From Kiritimatiellia bacterium (GTDB lineage: Bacteria > Verrucomicrobiota > Kiritimatiellia > RFP12 > JAAYLN01), in assembly GCA_045627605.1 (NCBI GenBank), contig JAZQOA010000019.1:124-64123 (forward strand): DNA of 64,000 bases, written 5' to 3'. The notes under the pieces are model-generated. The model was not told the DNA's origin. It saw only the letters and a program-made list of their open reading frames with translations, and did not search any database. The position numbers and the translations under genes are program-made. Positions within the stretch are counted from its first letter, which is position 1. The number at the start of each line of letters is the position of its first letter. Of the stretch, positions 10,201 to 17,590 are shown one piece after another.

Positions 10201-10246
10201 CGAGCGCCAGAATCGCTGCAAGAGTAGTTTTCATTTTCATAGTCAA
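4271..10246 (-). CDS. giant secreted multidomain protein (phosphodiester glycosidase-like, LamG-like, two parallel beta-helix modules, PKD)
   Basis: 1991-aa uninterrupted ORF. Signal peptide MTMKMKTTLAAILALAAATTLYGA. N-terminal NAGPA-like block (VLDGGGSTTLAM). InlB-B-repeat-like segments (ERFWGWTGDIG...ITVTMNRARTIRADF). LamG-like segment (LLIGNGSTAATGANFTGRLYAFTV). Two pectin-lyase-fold modules, each opening with YVSPDGDD...GTSWDDAY...APGHY or CYVKADGG...GPGTYTL and ending with NPNFAD..GDYRL or GSPCIDAG. PKD motif WDFGDGTTATG...HSYAAPGLYAVTLTV. Confidence 0.85.
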   Translation of the reverse strand: MTMKMKTTLAAILALAAATTLYGAATVYSGADAVKKIKASIPGADLDAWGISSTNAKWCEIMPGVEYSFAQYTKLFGVKDDVSLLRIDYKKAKLKMKLVVNNSLTRTSTVTKNNGALFGVSGTFYSSSTGKLSYRTKVGGTVVNPDVSGGGGLLFNDNDPYKLFRFTRGFGTPRILEHWDNALPSDCVLIDGKCSLEGTSWTSGNPTAGFPVLGVNEKTGIIYLFVIDGRRSVSKGITYLDSCTLLQACGCDGGYVLDGGGSTTLAMKSSLLPSKLSAVQWDPSYASGYTIMNYTNSDGSTKTERYVKSQLLFMAGDEAAAVPDGAYYDFLRTDGAGGSEGQRVQLDYRPSSETVASALFSLVNAPSADVNQCLWGARTSGTSTSLDDFSYFLSVGKNQRFDYGPVRSDTKSALGRDTLYQLTIAGNVMSNVTYDTQKLQKAFTAPAASFTAGGDMSLFMSYNQPGSGWSNAAAVDFYSMQLADRVCGREMLVSDLAGSYRNGKYGLYDAVQDRFYPSEGTRDFEALRWALIRPGSSIVVSGNPICFPCDALGVKYGVTHWHKSGETIAVKKPSAQQTVGDGMRATCTGWKLTQGGTTTTKTANFTYTHGNTDARLVAQWDVECRLDVAPLDATKGTVTAASGWKAYDAAVTLTATPKTGERFWGWTGDIGTADPKSPTITVTMNRARTIRADFGPRFLDSVVFPKGAYVTTSVIPSDHETTATFSCDYLNNGWVFGTSKGANYYALSMAGSYWRWGLNGSNRTGKSVGTNVALCDGNVHTVVYRERGTGNVVIDGEVLESVAASTSTAALLIGNGSTAATGANFTGRLYAFTVRDASGEAVLDLKPCVRFLADGSSEVALYDAVSGAYLKSAVQDKPLEAGLPLNERLVVGNAVLDGLAMGAKRTLSVPAEETYGAWAKSTCTGWRRYRLDPVTGAWTETDSGTGSTLDYVHDGFATKVEWERQMTQLAAGDYVYVSPDGDDANKGTSWDDAYATVQAAVDAAEEGATVLVAPGHYFGTERSFNAKADYLTCIRLAKRVNVIGVGGRERTLMDGGFVYPRNGAYVTADGALLAGFTFTNTAHTTTGRNLGVDLTAGTVSDVSFHARAAANSTFLNINATVGHVLATDILLPPQPVLAGNVQGGIYVNAIGAKGATIDGLAMCNWLLGGLSANYSMINLKGSAATAPIVLRNALVADNQMGIDLNANRGNIVYADAHSRVINCTIVNNEVRGPNSGIRVAANTALVENCIIRGNRSAMNAYGDIYNNANVGYVYTTLCDQLDVVTKDNPNHNLNGNPNFADEANGDYRLAGLSKCVDAGGEKNGDASLFGEFDLAGSARVVGAAVDLGCYEHQATDELEIGFEASAEESAPGHQLAVTFTGKATGTGDVAAVWDFGDGTTATGWPVVDHSYAAPGLYAVTLTVTRGGQTVSYTLADVARVLPSVCYVKADGGKGVWPYDTMDKATDDLAAALEVGSPRVLVGPGTYTLPLPCVAIGRAVELKSMEGPEKTILDSSKAITDRVHRHFTVYNDKAVVSGFTLTGGYSSSAIQANYAAALDIGAGTVENCIIRDTGRLSAGQIVNLWGSGKLVGCELDGRGLDVHDYSYTGTAAIYLTGASCVVDGCWIHGYQIRGNCDNKTTFTCQAPVVVNHASAVMRNSLITCCTNALTETTANTNHSGIVQIFKGKVENCTIADNFIGGFGAVNFALANNKEATVTAGSLVNCILSGNVSLGGEPGVWCPKTGATWSNCYVGDAPGYATGADAVPYSLAAGSPCIDAGEDLAWVATGWDLAGNPRLAGEHVDLGCLESGSSVTRYTIKEVSADGKSTNTVTVLEDELVKTVEGAAYGAKMQLLEKLEKDTDIMLAPGVEIAFAEGQDLTKIHLKVPSDYYRAPIASGGIVRALQLDPTKVTPAFADGDGPALTLSGDGRISFNVSNVKGGLRYELKSAASPSGPWTTELFKFSASNEDVPFSAEAADPVRFYKVEVTDKP

Positions 10247-10512
10247 CCTTAATTGTACACGAAACGCCTACCGCTGTCACTTCATGCCGCTGATGGCTTG
10301 ACGCGCTGGTCACGCAGACGGCAAGACATGAGGCATGAGACGTGAGACACGGGCGGAGACGCGTGACCGCAACCTCGCACCGGTAGGGCGCGGAGGCTTT
10401 CCGCCTTGTTGCGCGACTGAGTGTAGTTGCGGTGTAAATCCGCGTTTCAACCTTGCTTTTGCACAAAAGGGTTGGTATGCTTTTTGGCGGGCGTTGCAAT
10501 AGCCGGATCGGG

Positions 10513-11937
10513 TCAGTCGGCATCCGCGAAGAGGTCGTCCAGCGTCACTTCGGACTGGACGGCCTGGGCGTGTTCCGTCCGCGCGAGACCGCTGGCCGTG
10601 ACGAGGGTAAGGTGAATGGACTTGCGCGTCTTCGTGACCATTCGGAAGGCTTCGATCACGTTGTCCAGCGTGGCGCGTGTGCGCCCGTCGAGGATGTAAA
10701 GTCCCCGCGAGAACTTCATTTCGCAGACGTTCACGACATTATCCGCCCGGTCAATCAAAAGGTCGATCTGCGCACCGACGGGGCAGGTGTCGTCCGCCTG
10801 GTGCCGCCATGAGCAAACTCCGCAGTGTAGGCCGGAGATGCCCAGTCGCCGCTTGATCTGCGCGACATGCTGTAGGCAGAGAAGTTCGAATGACAGCCCC
10901 AGCCACGTTGAGCGCTGCGGGGAATCTGCCGTTGCTGTCCAGAACGCCGGATCGCCCTTCGCGGTACCTGTCAGGAACCGGTGGTGGAACAGGGAGAAAT
11001 TGTCGACCAGCTGGAAGACAGTTCCCTTTTTCTTCGCGCCGAATGGCAGGTAGGGGCGTATGAAGCCGCTTTGCTCAAGTGTCGCCAGGGCTTCCGTCAG
11101 CTTGCCGGAACTTGCCATCCCGAGTGCTGACTGAAGCTCTGTCTGCCCCATGCCGGTCCTTTTCGTCGCCAGGGCCTCGATGACCGCGGTGTGAAGGGAG
11201 GCGTTCTTGAAAAGCGATGCGTATAGCTCCCGGTATTCGTTTGCGAGGGGGGCGCCGTCGATGAAAAACATGCGGTCGATGTTCTGCGCAAGGCTGAAAC
11301 GCTTGTCAAGGTAACGCCAGTAGTAGGGGATTCCGCCAAGCGCCATGTATCCTTCGGCGATTTCCCTCCGGGACATCGCCAGGCCTCTTTCCGCCGCGAA
11401 CCGCTCGCATTCGCCCAAAGTAAACGGCATCAGGCGAATCCGGCACGTCACGCGGTTGTGAAGTCCCCCGTGATTGGAAAACAGGTTTTTCACCATCCAC
11501 GCCGCGGCCGAGCCGCAAACAACCAGCAGGACATCCTTGCGGTATGTGCAGAAGTCGTTCCAGAATGCTTCGAGCGCCGCGAGAAATCCGGACTTTGGCG
11601 TGTCCATCCAGGGCATCTCGTCGATGAAGACAACCTTGCGGGCAAGTGCGCTTGCTTTCACGACCTGTTCTAGCCAGGCAAACGCCTCACCCCAGTCCTT
11701 CGGGCGGCGCTTTTGCCGACATCCGAAATCCTGCAAGGATTTCAGAAACTGCGACAACTGCCTTTCGCCTCCTTCCTGCGCAAGGCCGGAATGGCGAAAT
11801 GCAAAGCGGTCGGCGAAGACCTCCCGTATCAAATAGGTCTTTCCGACGCGCCAACGTCCGTAAACCGCGACGAATTCCGACTCGCCGGATTCGTACATGC
11901 GGATAAGTTCGTCTCGCTCCTTGATTCGGCCAATCAT
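10513..11937 (-). CDS. AAA+ ATPase of the archaeal-ATPase/DUF234 type with a C-terminal PD-(D/E)xK-like motif
   Basis: 474 aa from ATG 11937 (AAGGA RBS 6 nt upstream; the ORF track start at 11991 adds 18 aa). Walker A YGRWRVGKTY and Walker B VVFIDEMPWMD. C-terminal QIDLLIDRADNVVNVCEMKF resembles the D...E.K block of DUF234. The gene looks lower in GC than its neighbours. Confidence 0.75.
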   Translation of the reverse strand: MIGRIKERDELIRMYESGESEFVAVYGRWRVGKTYLIREVFADRFAFRHSGLAQEGGERQLSQFLKSLQDFGCRQKRRPKDWGEAFAWLEQVVKASALARKVVFIDEMPWMDTPKSGFLAALEAFWNDFCTYRKDVLLVVCGSAAAWMVKNLFSNHGGLHNRVTCRIRLMPFTLGECERFAAERGLAMSRREIAEGYMALGGIPYYWRYLDKRFSLAQNIDRMFFIDGAPLANEYRELYASLFKNASLHTAVIEALATKRTGMGQTELQSALGMASSGKLTEALATLEQSGFIRPYLPFGAKKKGTVFQLVDNFSLFHHRFLTGTAKGDPAFWTATADSPQRSTWLGLSFELLCLQHVAQIKRRLGISGLHCGVCSWRHQADDTCPVGAQIDLLIDRADNVVNVCEMKFSRGLYILDGRTRATLDNVIEAFRMVTKTRKSIHLTLVTASGLARTEHAQAVQSEVTLDDLFADAD

Positions 11938-12103
11938 AAAGAGTCCTTGTTCTTTGGGGAAAATTATGTTGCAAATGACACATTCCGTCAAGTATTTTCG
12001 GGAAATCGCCTTATTTTGGTGCGGAATCGCTGTTTTTATGTGACATTTCGCACCTAAATGTGAGTTCGGCGGGCAAAGGCAAGGCCGGGATTTCCCGTCG
12101 GAT

Positions 12104-12132
12104 TTGACTTCCCTGCGCTTTTATGGCATAAT
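12104..12132 (+). promoter_or_regulatory. sigma70-like promoter for tRNA-Tyr
   Basis: TTGACT (12104-12109), 17-nt spacer, CATAAT (12127-12132), ending 15 nt before the mature tRNA 5' end. Confidence 0.45.
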
Positions 12133-12147
12133 ATTCTCCACATTTCT

Positions 12148-12233
12148 GGTGGGGTACCGAAGTGGCCAACCGGGGCAGACTGTAAATCTGCTGGCATACG
12201 CCTTCCTTGGTTCGAATCCAAGCCCCACCACCA
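12148..12233 (+). tRNA. tRNA-Tyr (anticodon GTA), CCA encoded
   Basis: GGTGGGGTACCGAAGTGGCCAACCGGGGCAGACTGTAAATCTGCTGGCATACGCCTTCCTTGGTTCGAATCCAAGCCCCACCACCA. Acceptor stem GGTGGGG/CCCCACC, anticodon loop CTGTAAA, long variable arm, T-loop GGTTCGAATCC. Closely parallels E. coli tRNA-Tyr. Confidence 0.95.
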
Positions 12234-12300
12234 TTTTGAGAACCCCAAGTCACAGCCGCGAGGCTTGATTGGGGGTTTTTCATTTTTGAGGGTTGAGAAA

Positions 12301-12885
12301 ATGCCTGACGCCGAAGAGAAAAAAGTCGAAGACCTTGAAAACGCCGAATCCGCCAAGTCCGGTGGGGAAGCCCAAGCCGAAAAGACCGCTGAACCCGCCA
12401 CAGAGACCGCGCAGGAGACGTGTGAAATCGAGAAGCTCCGCCAGGAGCTCGCGGACGAAAAGGACCGCGCAATGCGTCTTTTCGCCGATTTCGAGAACTT
12501 CCGCCGCCGCACGGCCAAGGAACGCGCCGAGACTTTCCAGCGCGCCGAGGAGAGCGTCTATGTCGAGCTGCTGCCCGTCGTTGACAATTTCTCTCGCGCC
12601 ATGGGCCAGGCGGGTGACGACCCCTTCGCCCAGGGCGTGAAGATGGTCTTCTCCCAGCTTCTCGAGTTCCTGAAGAAGGGTGGCGTCGAGCCTATCGAGG
12701 CACTGGGCGCCGATTTCGACCCGGCCGTCCACGAGGCGGTCGCCTACCAGCCTTCGCCCGAGGCGGCGGAGGGCAAGATCATCTACGAGACCCGCCGCGG
12801 CTACCGCATGGGCGACCATGTGATCAGGCCGGCGTCGGTCATCGTGTCAAGCGGCGCCCCGGCCGGGGCGGCCGAAAATAAATAA
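12301..12885 (+). CDS. grpE: nucleotide exchange factor GrpE
   Basis: 194 aa from ATG 12301. Acidic N-terminus, then [21 protein letters not shown] and a C-terminal beta domain ([16 protein letters not shown]). Lies upstream of dnaJ. Confidence 0.85.
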   Translation: MPDAEEKKVEDLENAESAKSGGEAQAEKTAEPATETAQETCEIEKLRQELADEKDRAMRLFADFENFRRRTAKERAETFQRAEESVYVELLPVVDNFSRAMGQAGDDPFAQGVKMVFSQLLEFLKKGGVEPIEALGADFDPAVHEAVAYQPSPEAAEGKIIYETRRGYRMGDHVIRPASVIVSSGAPAGAAENK

Positions 12886-12929
12886 AGCATAGTACCGCAT
12901 ATTCCACGAAAGGAAACCGGAGGCCACCC

Positions 12930-14102
12930 ATGGCTGAACAAAAAAGGGACTACTACGAGGTGCTTGGCGTCGCCAAGGATGCCTCGGCCGATGAAATCAA
13001 AAAAGCCTACCGCAAGCTCGCGATGAAGTACCATCCCGACCGCAACCCGGGCGACAAGGAGGCGGCGGACAAGTTCAAGGAGGCTTCGGAGGCCTACGAG
13101 ATCCTGAGCAATCCCGAGAAACGCGAGCGCTACGACCGCTTCGGCCATGCGGGCAACCAGTTCGGCCCCGGCGGATTCGACTTCGGGCGCGACTTCTCCG
13201 GCGGCGCCGATTTCGCCGACATCCTCGGCTCGCTCTTCGGCGGGGGTTTCAGTTCCTTCTTCGGCGGCGGACGGTCGCGCCAACGCGACCCCGACGGCCC
13301 CATGCGGGGCGCCGACATCGACTTCGAGATGAACATCACGCTTGAGGAGGCGATTTTCGGCGGCAGCCGCGAGGTCGAGCTCCCTGTTTCCGAAGACTGC
13401 CACGAGTGCCACGGCACTGGTGCGGCGAAGGGCTCCAAGCGCGAGAAGTGCAAGCAGTGCGGCGGCCGCGGCGTCGTCATCGCGGGCGGCGGCTTCATCC
13501 AGTTCCAGCAGACCTGCCCGGTTTGCCACGGCGAGGGCACGATCGTCACGAACCCCTGCCGCGAGTGTCACGGTTCCGGCCGCGTGAAGCAACGCAAGAG
13601 CATCACCGTCAAGATCCCGCGCGGTGTCGACACCGGCAACCGCATGCGCCTCGCCGGGCTGGGCGACAGCGGGTCGCGTGGCGGCCCCAACGGCAACCTG
13701 ATGGTCGTCTTCAACGTCCGCCAGCACGCGATCTTCGAGCGCGAAGGCAACAACCTCGCCTGCGAAGTCAGGGTGCCGCTCCACATCGCCGCGCTGGGCG
13801 GCTCCGTTTCCGTCCCGACGCCAGACGGCCCCGCGCAGTTCAAGATTCCGCCGGGCACGGCCAACGGCAAGCTCTTCCGCTACCGCGGCAAGGGCATGAC
13901 CTCCATCCACGGCGACGTCGGCGACATGATGGTGCGGGTTGTCGTCGAGGTGCCCGAAGGACTGTCCTCCTCGCAGAAGAAGGCCCTCCAGGCCTTCGCC
14001 GACACCTGCAAGGAGGGCAACTACCCCGAGGCGTCGAAATTCGACAAGCAGGCCGCAGAGTTCCTCCGCATGCGCGACGCGCTTCTCAAGGGCGGCCAAT
14101 AG
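12930..14102 (+). CDS. dnaJ: molecular chaperone DnaJ
   Basis: 390 aa. J domain with HPDRNPGD, a G/F-rich region, four CxxCxGxG zinc motifs ([32 protein letters not shown]) and a C-terminal substrate-binding domain. Confidence 0.95.
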   Translation: MAEQKRDYYEVLGVAKDASADEIKKAYRKLAMKYHPDRNPGDKEAADKFKEASEAYEILSNPEKRERYDRFGHAGNQFGPGGFDFGRDFSGGADFADILGSLFGGGFSSFFGGGRSRQRDPDGPMRGADIDFEMNITLEEAIFGGSREVELPVSEDCHECHGTGAAKGSKREKCKQCGGRGVVIAGGGFIQFQQTCPVCHGEGTIVTNPCRECHGSGRVKQRKSITVKIPRGVDTGNRMRLAGLGDSGSRGGPNGNLMVVFNVRQHAIFEREGNNLACEVRVPLHIAALGGSVSVPTPDGPAQFKIPPGTANGKLFRYRGKGMTSIHGDVGDMMVRVVVEVPEGLSSSQKKALQAFADTCKEGNYPEASKFDKQAAEFLRMRDALLKGGQ

Positions 14103-14117
14103 CCAGCCGGGGCCGCC

Positions 14118-14861
14118 ATGCACCGCCATCGCGTCGCAACAGCCGAACTTGAAAAGGGCGTCGTGGCCCTCGACCACGCGGGTGCGCGCCACTTTCTCAA
14201 CGTGCTGCGCCTGAAGGGGGGCGACGAAGTCGAGCTTTTCGACGGGCTGGGGGCGTCCGCGACCTTCCGCCTTCGCGAGCCGCAGGGGCGGCAGGCCGAA
14301 CTCGAGCGGGTCGGCGCCGTGCGGCGCGCCCAGCCGCCGCGCTGCCGCCTTGTCCTTGGCGCCTGCGTGAGCAAGGGCAAGCGCATGGACTGGACCATCG
14401 AGAAGGCGGTCGAGCTTGGCGTTTCGGAAATCGTGCCGATCCTCTCGCGGAATTCGGTAGTCAAGGTCGAGTCCGCCGCCGACGCCGAAGACAAGCGCCT
14501 GCGCTGGGAGCGCGTGGCGATTGACGCCGCCCGCCAGTGCTCTTCGGCTTTCGTTCCCGCGATTTCGACGCCGCTGCCTTTCGGCGAGGCGCTTTCGCGC
14601 ATCGCGGCTTCGAGCCGCATGTATGTTGGCGCGCTCACGTCGGACGCCATCCCCCTGCGCGATGCGCTCGCCCGCGACCGCGGGCTTCCCCCGCCGGCGT
14701 CCGTCGCCTGGCTGATCGGCCCGGAAGGCGACTTCTCGCCGGAGGAATACGGGGCGCTCCGCGCGGCGGGCGCGTCAATGGTTTCGCTCGGTTCGCTCGT
14801 GCTCCGCACGGAGACGGCCGCGATCTACGGGCTTTGCGTCTTTGGTTCGGAGTGGCTTTGA
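14118..14861 (+). CDS. rsmE: 16S rRNA (uracil1498-N3)-methyltransferase
   Basis: 247 aa. PUA-like N-terminus (HHFLNVLRLKGGDEVELFDG-type) and a SPOUT C-terminus with LIGPEGDFSPEE. Confidence 0.8.
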   Translation: MHRHRVATAELEKGVVALDHAGARHFLNVLRLKGGDEVELFDGLGASATFRLREPQGRQAELERVGAVRRAQPPRCRLVLGACVSKGKRMDWTIEKAVELGVSEIVPILSRNSVVKVESAADAEDKRLRWERVAIDAARQCSSAFVPAISTPLPFGEALSRIAASSRMYVGALTSDAIPLRDALARDRGLPPPASVAWLIGPEGDFSPEEYGALRAAGASMVSLGSLVLRTETAAIYGLCVFGSEWL

Positions 14862-14862
14862 A

Positions 14863-15267
14863 ATGGACATTGCAGGCACCTTCCAGGAAACAGTCGAACA
14901 GTTCCTCATCGAGGACCCCCGCTATCCCCTCGACGCCTACTTCTTCGTCCGCGACGGCTTTGAATATGCCGTGCGCCGCTTCCAGGAAGAGCAGGCGTCG
15001 CTCGGCAAAAACGCCAAGAACACGCTTTCCGGCGCGGAGCTCTCCAACGGGCTCAAGGAATTCGCCCTCGACGAATTCGGCCCAATGGCGGCCTTCACGC
15101 TTGGGGAGTGGAACATCTTCTCGACGTCGGATTTCGGCGAACTCGTCTACAACCTCATCAAGATGAAGCTCTTCTCGCAGAACAAGGGCGACAAGCGCGA
15201 GGACTTCGACAACCTCTTCGACCTCCAGGCGGAACTGCGCCGCCCCTATTCTGACGGGCAGGAATAA
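14863..15267 (+). CDS. conserved hypothetical protein (possibly Minf_1886-like family)
   Basis: 134 aa from ATG 14863, 1 nt after the rsmE stop. Ordinary globular composition (MDIAGTFQETVEQFLIEDPRYPLDAYFFVRDGFEYAVRRF...). Family name is from memory only. Confidence 0.6.
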   Translation: MDIAGTFQETVEQFLIEDPRYPLDAYFFVRDGFEYAVRRFQEEQASLGKNAKNTLSGAELSNGLKEFALDEFGPMAAFTLGEWNIFSTSDFGELVYNLIKMKLFSQNKGDKREDFDNLFDLQAELRRPYSDGQE

Positions 15268-15453
15268 AATTTCCTTCGAAAATGTCTCACGCCGTGAGAC
15301 ATTTTTCCCGGCGCCCAATGGTAGACTTGATGGCGTTGGAGCGGAGAAGACCCCTTGCCAAATACGCGCATATTTGCAAGACTATTCTCTGTTGAAACTT
15401 TGACCGTGCGCGATGTGCGCGGCCGTATGAAACCCGAAGCAAAGGCACTGAAA

Positions 15454-16539
15454 ATGGCAGAAAAGAAATCCCCCGCGACCTCCGGCAACTCGCAGCTCGA
15501 CGCCGTCTTGTCGCAAATCCGCAAGCAGTTTGGCGAAACGTCCATCCAGCGGCTCGGCGATGGCGCGGCCCAAAAGGACATTCCAGTCATCAGCACGGGT
15601 TCCTTCTCGCTTGACCTCGCCCTCGGCGTGGGTGGCCTTCCCCGCGGCCGCATCATCGAAGTTTACGGGCCGGAGTCGTCGGGCAAGACCACGGTGGCCC
15701 TTCATGTCATTGCCAACGCGCAGGCCGCGGGCGGCATGGCCGCCTTCGTCGACGCCGAGCACGCGCTCGACGCCAGCTACGCGCGCCGCCTCGGCGTGAA
15801 ACTTGACGACTTGCTCGTCTCCCAGCCCAACTCCGGCGAGGAGGCCCTCACCATCACCGAGCAGCTCGTCAAGAGCGGCGCACTCGACGTCGTCGTGGTC
15901 GATTCCGTCGCGGCGCTCACCCCGCAGGCCGAAATCGACGGCGACATGGGCGACAGCCACGTCGGCCTCCAGGCCCGCCTGATGTCGCAGGCGATGCGCA
16001 AGTTGACCTCCGCCATTGCGCAGACCAAGACCCTCTGCATCTTCACCAACCAGATTCGCGAGAAAATCGGCGTGATGTTCGGCAGCCCCGAGACGACCCC
16101 CGGCGGCAAGGCACTCAAGTTCTACGCCTCCGTCCGCATGCACATCCAGCGCATCGGCGCCATCAAGGATTCCGCCGGCGCGGTGGTTGGCAACCGCACC
16201 AAGGTCAAGATCGTCAAAAACAAGGTCTCGCCGCCTTTCACCGAGGCGGAGTTCGACATCCTCTACGCGCGTGGCATTTCCTGGGAGGGTTCCGTGCTCG
16301 ACGCCGCCATCACCAACAACGTTGTGCAGAAGCGCGGTTCGTGGCTGGCGTTCGGCCAGGAGCAGGTGGGGCAGGGGGCCCTTGCCTCGACCGAGGCGCT
16401 CCGCGCCAACCCCGACCTGGCGGCCCGCATCATCGCCAAAATCGCCGAGGTCGTCCCCGCGGCGGCGACGATCAAGCCACGCGTCGTCGCGCAGCCGGCC
16501 GACTCCGAAGCCGCGCCCGCCCCGGCATCCGAGGCGTAG
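15454..16539 (+). CDS. recA: recombinase RecA
   Basis: 361 aa from ATG 15454 (alternative starts at 15427 and 15355). [22 protein letters not shown], Walker [29 protein letters not shown]2 loop region. Confidence 0.95.
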   Translation: MAEKKSPATSGNSQLDAVLSQIRKQFGETSIQRLGDGAAQKDIPVISTGSFSLDLALGVGGLPRGRIIEVYGPESSGKTTVALHVIANAQAAGGMAAFVDAEHALDASYARRLGVKLDDLLVSQPNSGEEALTITEQLVKSGALDVVVVDSVAALTPQAEIDGDMGDSHVGLQARLMSQAMRKLTSAIAQTKTLCIFTNQIREKIGVMFGSPETTPGGKALKFYASVRMHIQRIGAIKDSAGAVVGNRTKVKIVKNKVSPPFTEAEFDILYARGISWEGSVLDAAITNNVVQKRGSWLAFGQEQVGQGALASTEALRANPDLAARIIAKIAEVVPAAATIKPRVVAQPADSEAAPAPASEA

Positions 16540-16550
16540 CATTGCGTGGT

Positions 16551-16574
16551 CGGGCCGCGCGTCGTTGCGGCCCG
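16551..16574 (+). other. GC-rich stem-loop between recA and the permease gene
   Basis: CGGGCCGC (16551-16558), 8-nt loop, GCGGCCCG (16567-16574). No U-run follows. Confidence 0.5.
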
Positions 16575-16600
16575 GCCTTACCCGAGGCGGGTCCCTCCAA

Positions 16601-17590
16601 ATGCTGCGCTATGCGCTTAGGCGGCTCTGGCAACTTGTCCCGACCACTGCGGGCGTCCTGCTGCTGACGTTCGTGCTTTTCCACGTCGTAGGAGGCTCCT
16701 CCGCCGAGGTGGTTCTCGGCCAGCATGCCGACGCCGCGTCAATCGCGGCGTTCAACGCGCGCTACGGCTACGACAAGCCCCTGCTTCTTGGCGGCTGGAC
16801 GGAAACCGCCGGGCAGCCGCTGGCCCGCCGCGTCGGCCACCTCTTCGACACCCAGCTGGTGAACTACGTGGCGTCGCTCGCCCGCGGGGACCTGGGCGAC
16901 AGCGCCGCCTACGGCATGCGGGTCGCGGACGTGCTGAGGGCGGGCGTCGGCCCGTCGCTTTCGATTACGGTGCCGATTCTTCTTGGCGGCACGGTGATCG
17001 CCCTGATGCTCGCCATGTTGGCGGCCGCGCACCAAGGGCGGTTCGCGGACAAGGCCGTGCTTCTGGGGTCGGCCTTCCTGATGAGCGTCAACTACGTGGT
17101 GTGGATTCTCGCGGGGCAGTTCTTTCTCTCCTACAAGCTGCGGCTCTTCCCGATTTGGGGCTTTGAGGGCGTGGCGTATGTCGTTCTCCCGGTGCTGATC
17201 GGCATTTTCAGCGGGCTTGGACGCGATATCCGCTATTTCCGCACGGTCTTTCTCGACGAGATGGACCGCCCCTACGTCCGCACGGCTGTTTCGAAGGGGT
17301 TGCCTCCGCGGCGCGTCTTCTGGGGGCATGTCTTCCCGAACGCGCTGATTCCCGTGGTCACCTACGTGAGCCTTTCGATTCCGTATCTTTTCACTGGGTC
17401 GCTGCTGCTGGAGAGCTTTTTCGGCATCCCCGGCCTTGGCGGCGTCAGCATCAACGCGGTGAATTCGGCCGACATGGCGACAGTTCGCGCGGTCGTGGTT
17501 CTGGGCGCGTTGCTCTACCAGCTTGTCAATCTCGTCACGGACCTTTGCTACGCCTGGCTCGATCCGCGTGTCAGCTACGAGGGCGCGTAG
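16601..17590 (+). CDS. ABC transporter permease, DppB/OppB-like
   Basis: 329 aa from ATG 16601; the upstream part of the 467-aa ORF is Arg/Pro-rich read-through overlapping recA. N-terminus MLRYALRRLWQLVPTTAGVLLLTFVLFHV and cytoplasmic-loop signature YVRTAVSKGLPPRRVFWGHVFPNAL. Confidence 0.85.
   Translation: MLRYALRRLWQLVPTTAGVLLLTFVLFHVVGGSSAEVVLGQHADAASIAAFNARYGYDKPLLLGGWTETAGQPLARRVGHLFDTQLVNYVASLARGDLGDSAAYGMRVADVLRAGVGPSLSITVPILLGGTVIALMLAMLAAAHQGRFADKAVLLGSAFLMSVNYVVWILAGQFFLSYKLRLFPIWGFEGVAYVVLPVLIGIFSGLGRDIRYFRTVFLDEMDRPYVRTAVSKGLPPRRVFWGHVFPNALIPVVTYVSLSIPYLFTGSLLLESFFGIPGLGGVSINAVNSADMATVRAVVVLGALLYQLVNLVTDLCYAWLDPRVSYEGA

Noticed and set aside
10456-10469. 14-bp palindrome CTTTTGCACAAAAG downstream of the ATPase gene
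   Set aside because: It is short and AT-rich, would form only a weak hairpin, and has no U-run. It could be an operator, but there is no second copy or other context to support that.
10247-12233. tRNA-Tyr-associated genomic island carrying the ATPase
   Set aside because: I found no integrase and no direct repeat of the tRNA 3' end. The ATPase lies upstream of the tRNA (the 5' side) rather than at the usual 3' integration side. Only the compositional oddity is retained, in the ATPase finding.
12234-12300. CIRCE (HrcA operator) upstream of grpE
   Set aside because: There is no TTAGCACTC-N9-GAGTGCTAA-like inverted repeat, only a weak hairpin plus T-run that looks like a leaky tRNA terminator.
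16187-16600. N-terminal 138 aa of the 467-aa ORF upstream of the ABC permease; likewise 38480-38731 upstream of the helicase, 3118-3348 upstream of the metal exporter and 51222-51350 upstream of the FGE-repeat protein
   Set aside because: These are read-through of open frames over the 3' ends of recA, rpsI and galE or over intergenic DNA, with Arg/Ser/Pro-rich composition. Internal ATGs give canonical N-termini: a permease TM1, a helicase N-terminus abutting the rpsI stop, and signal peptides.
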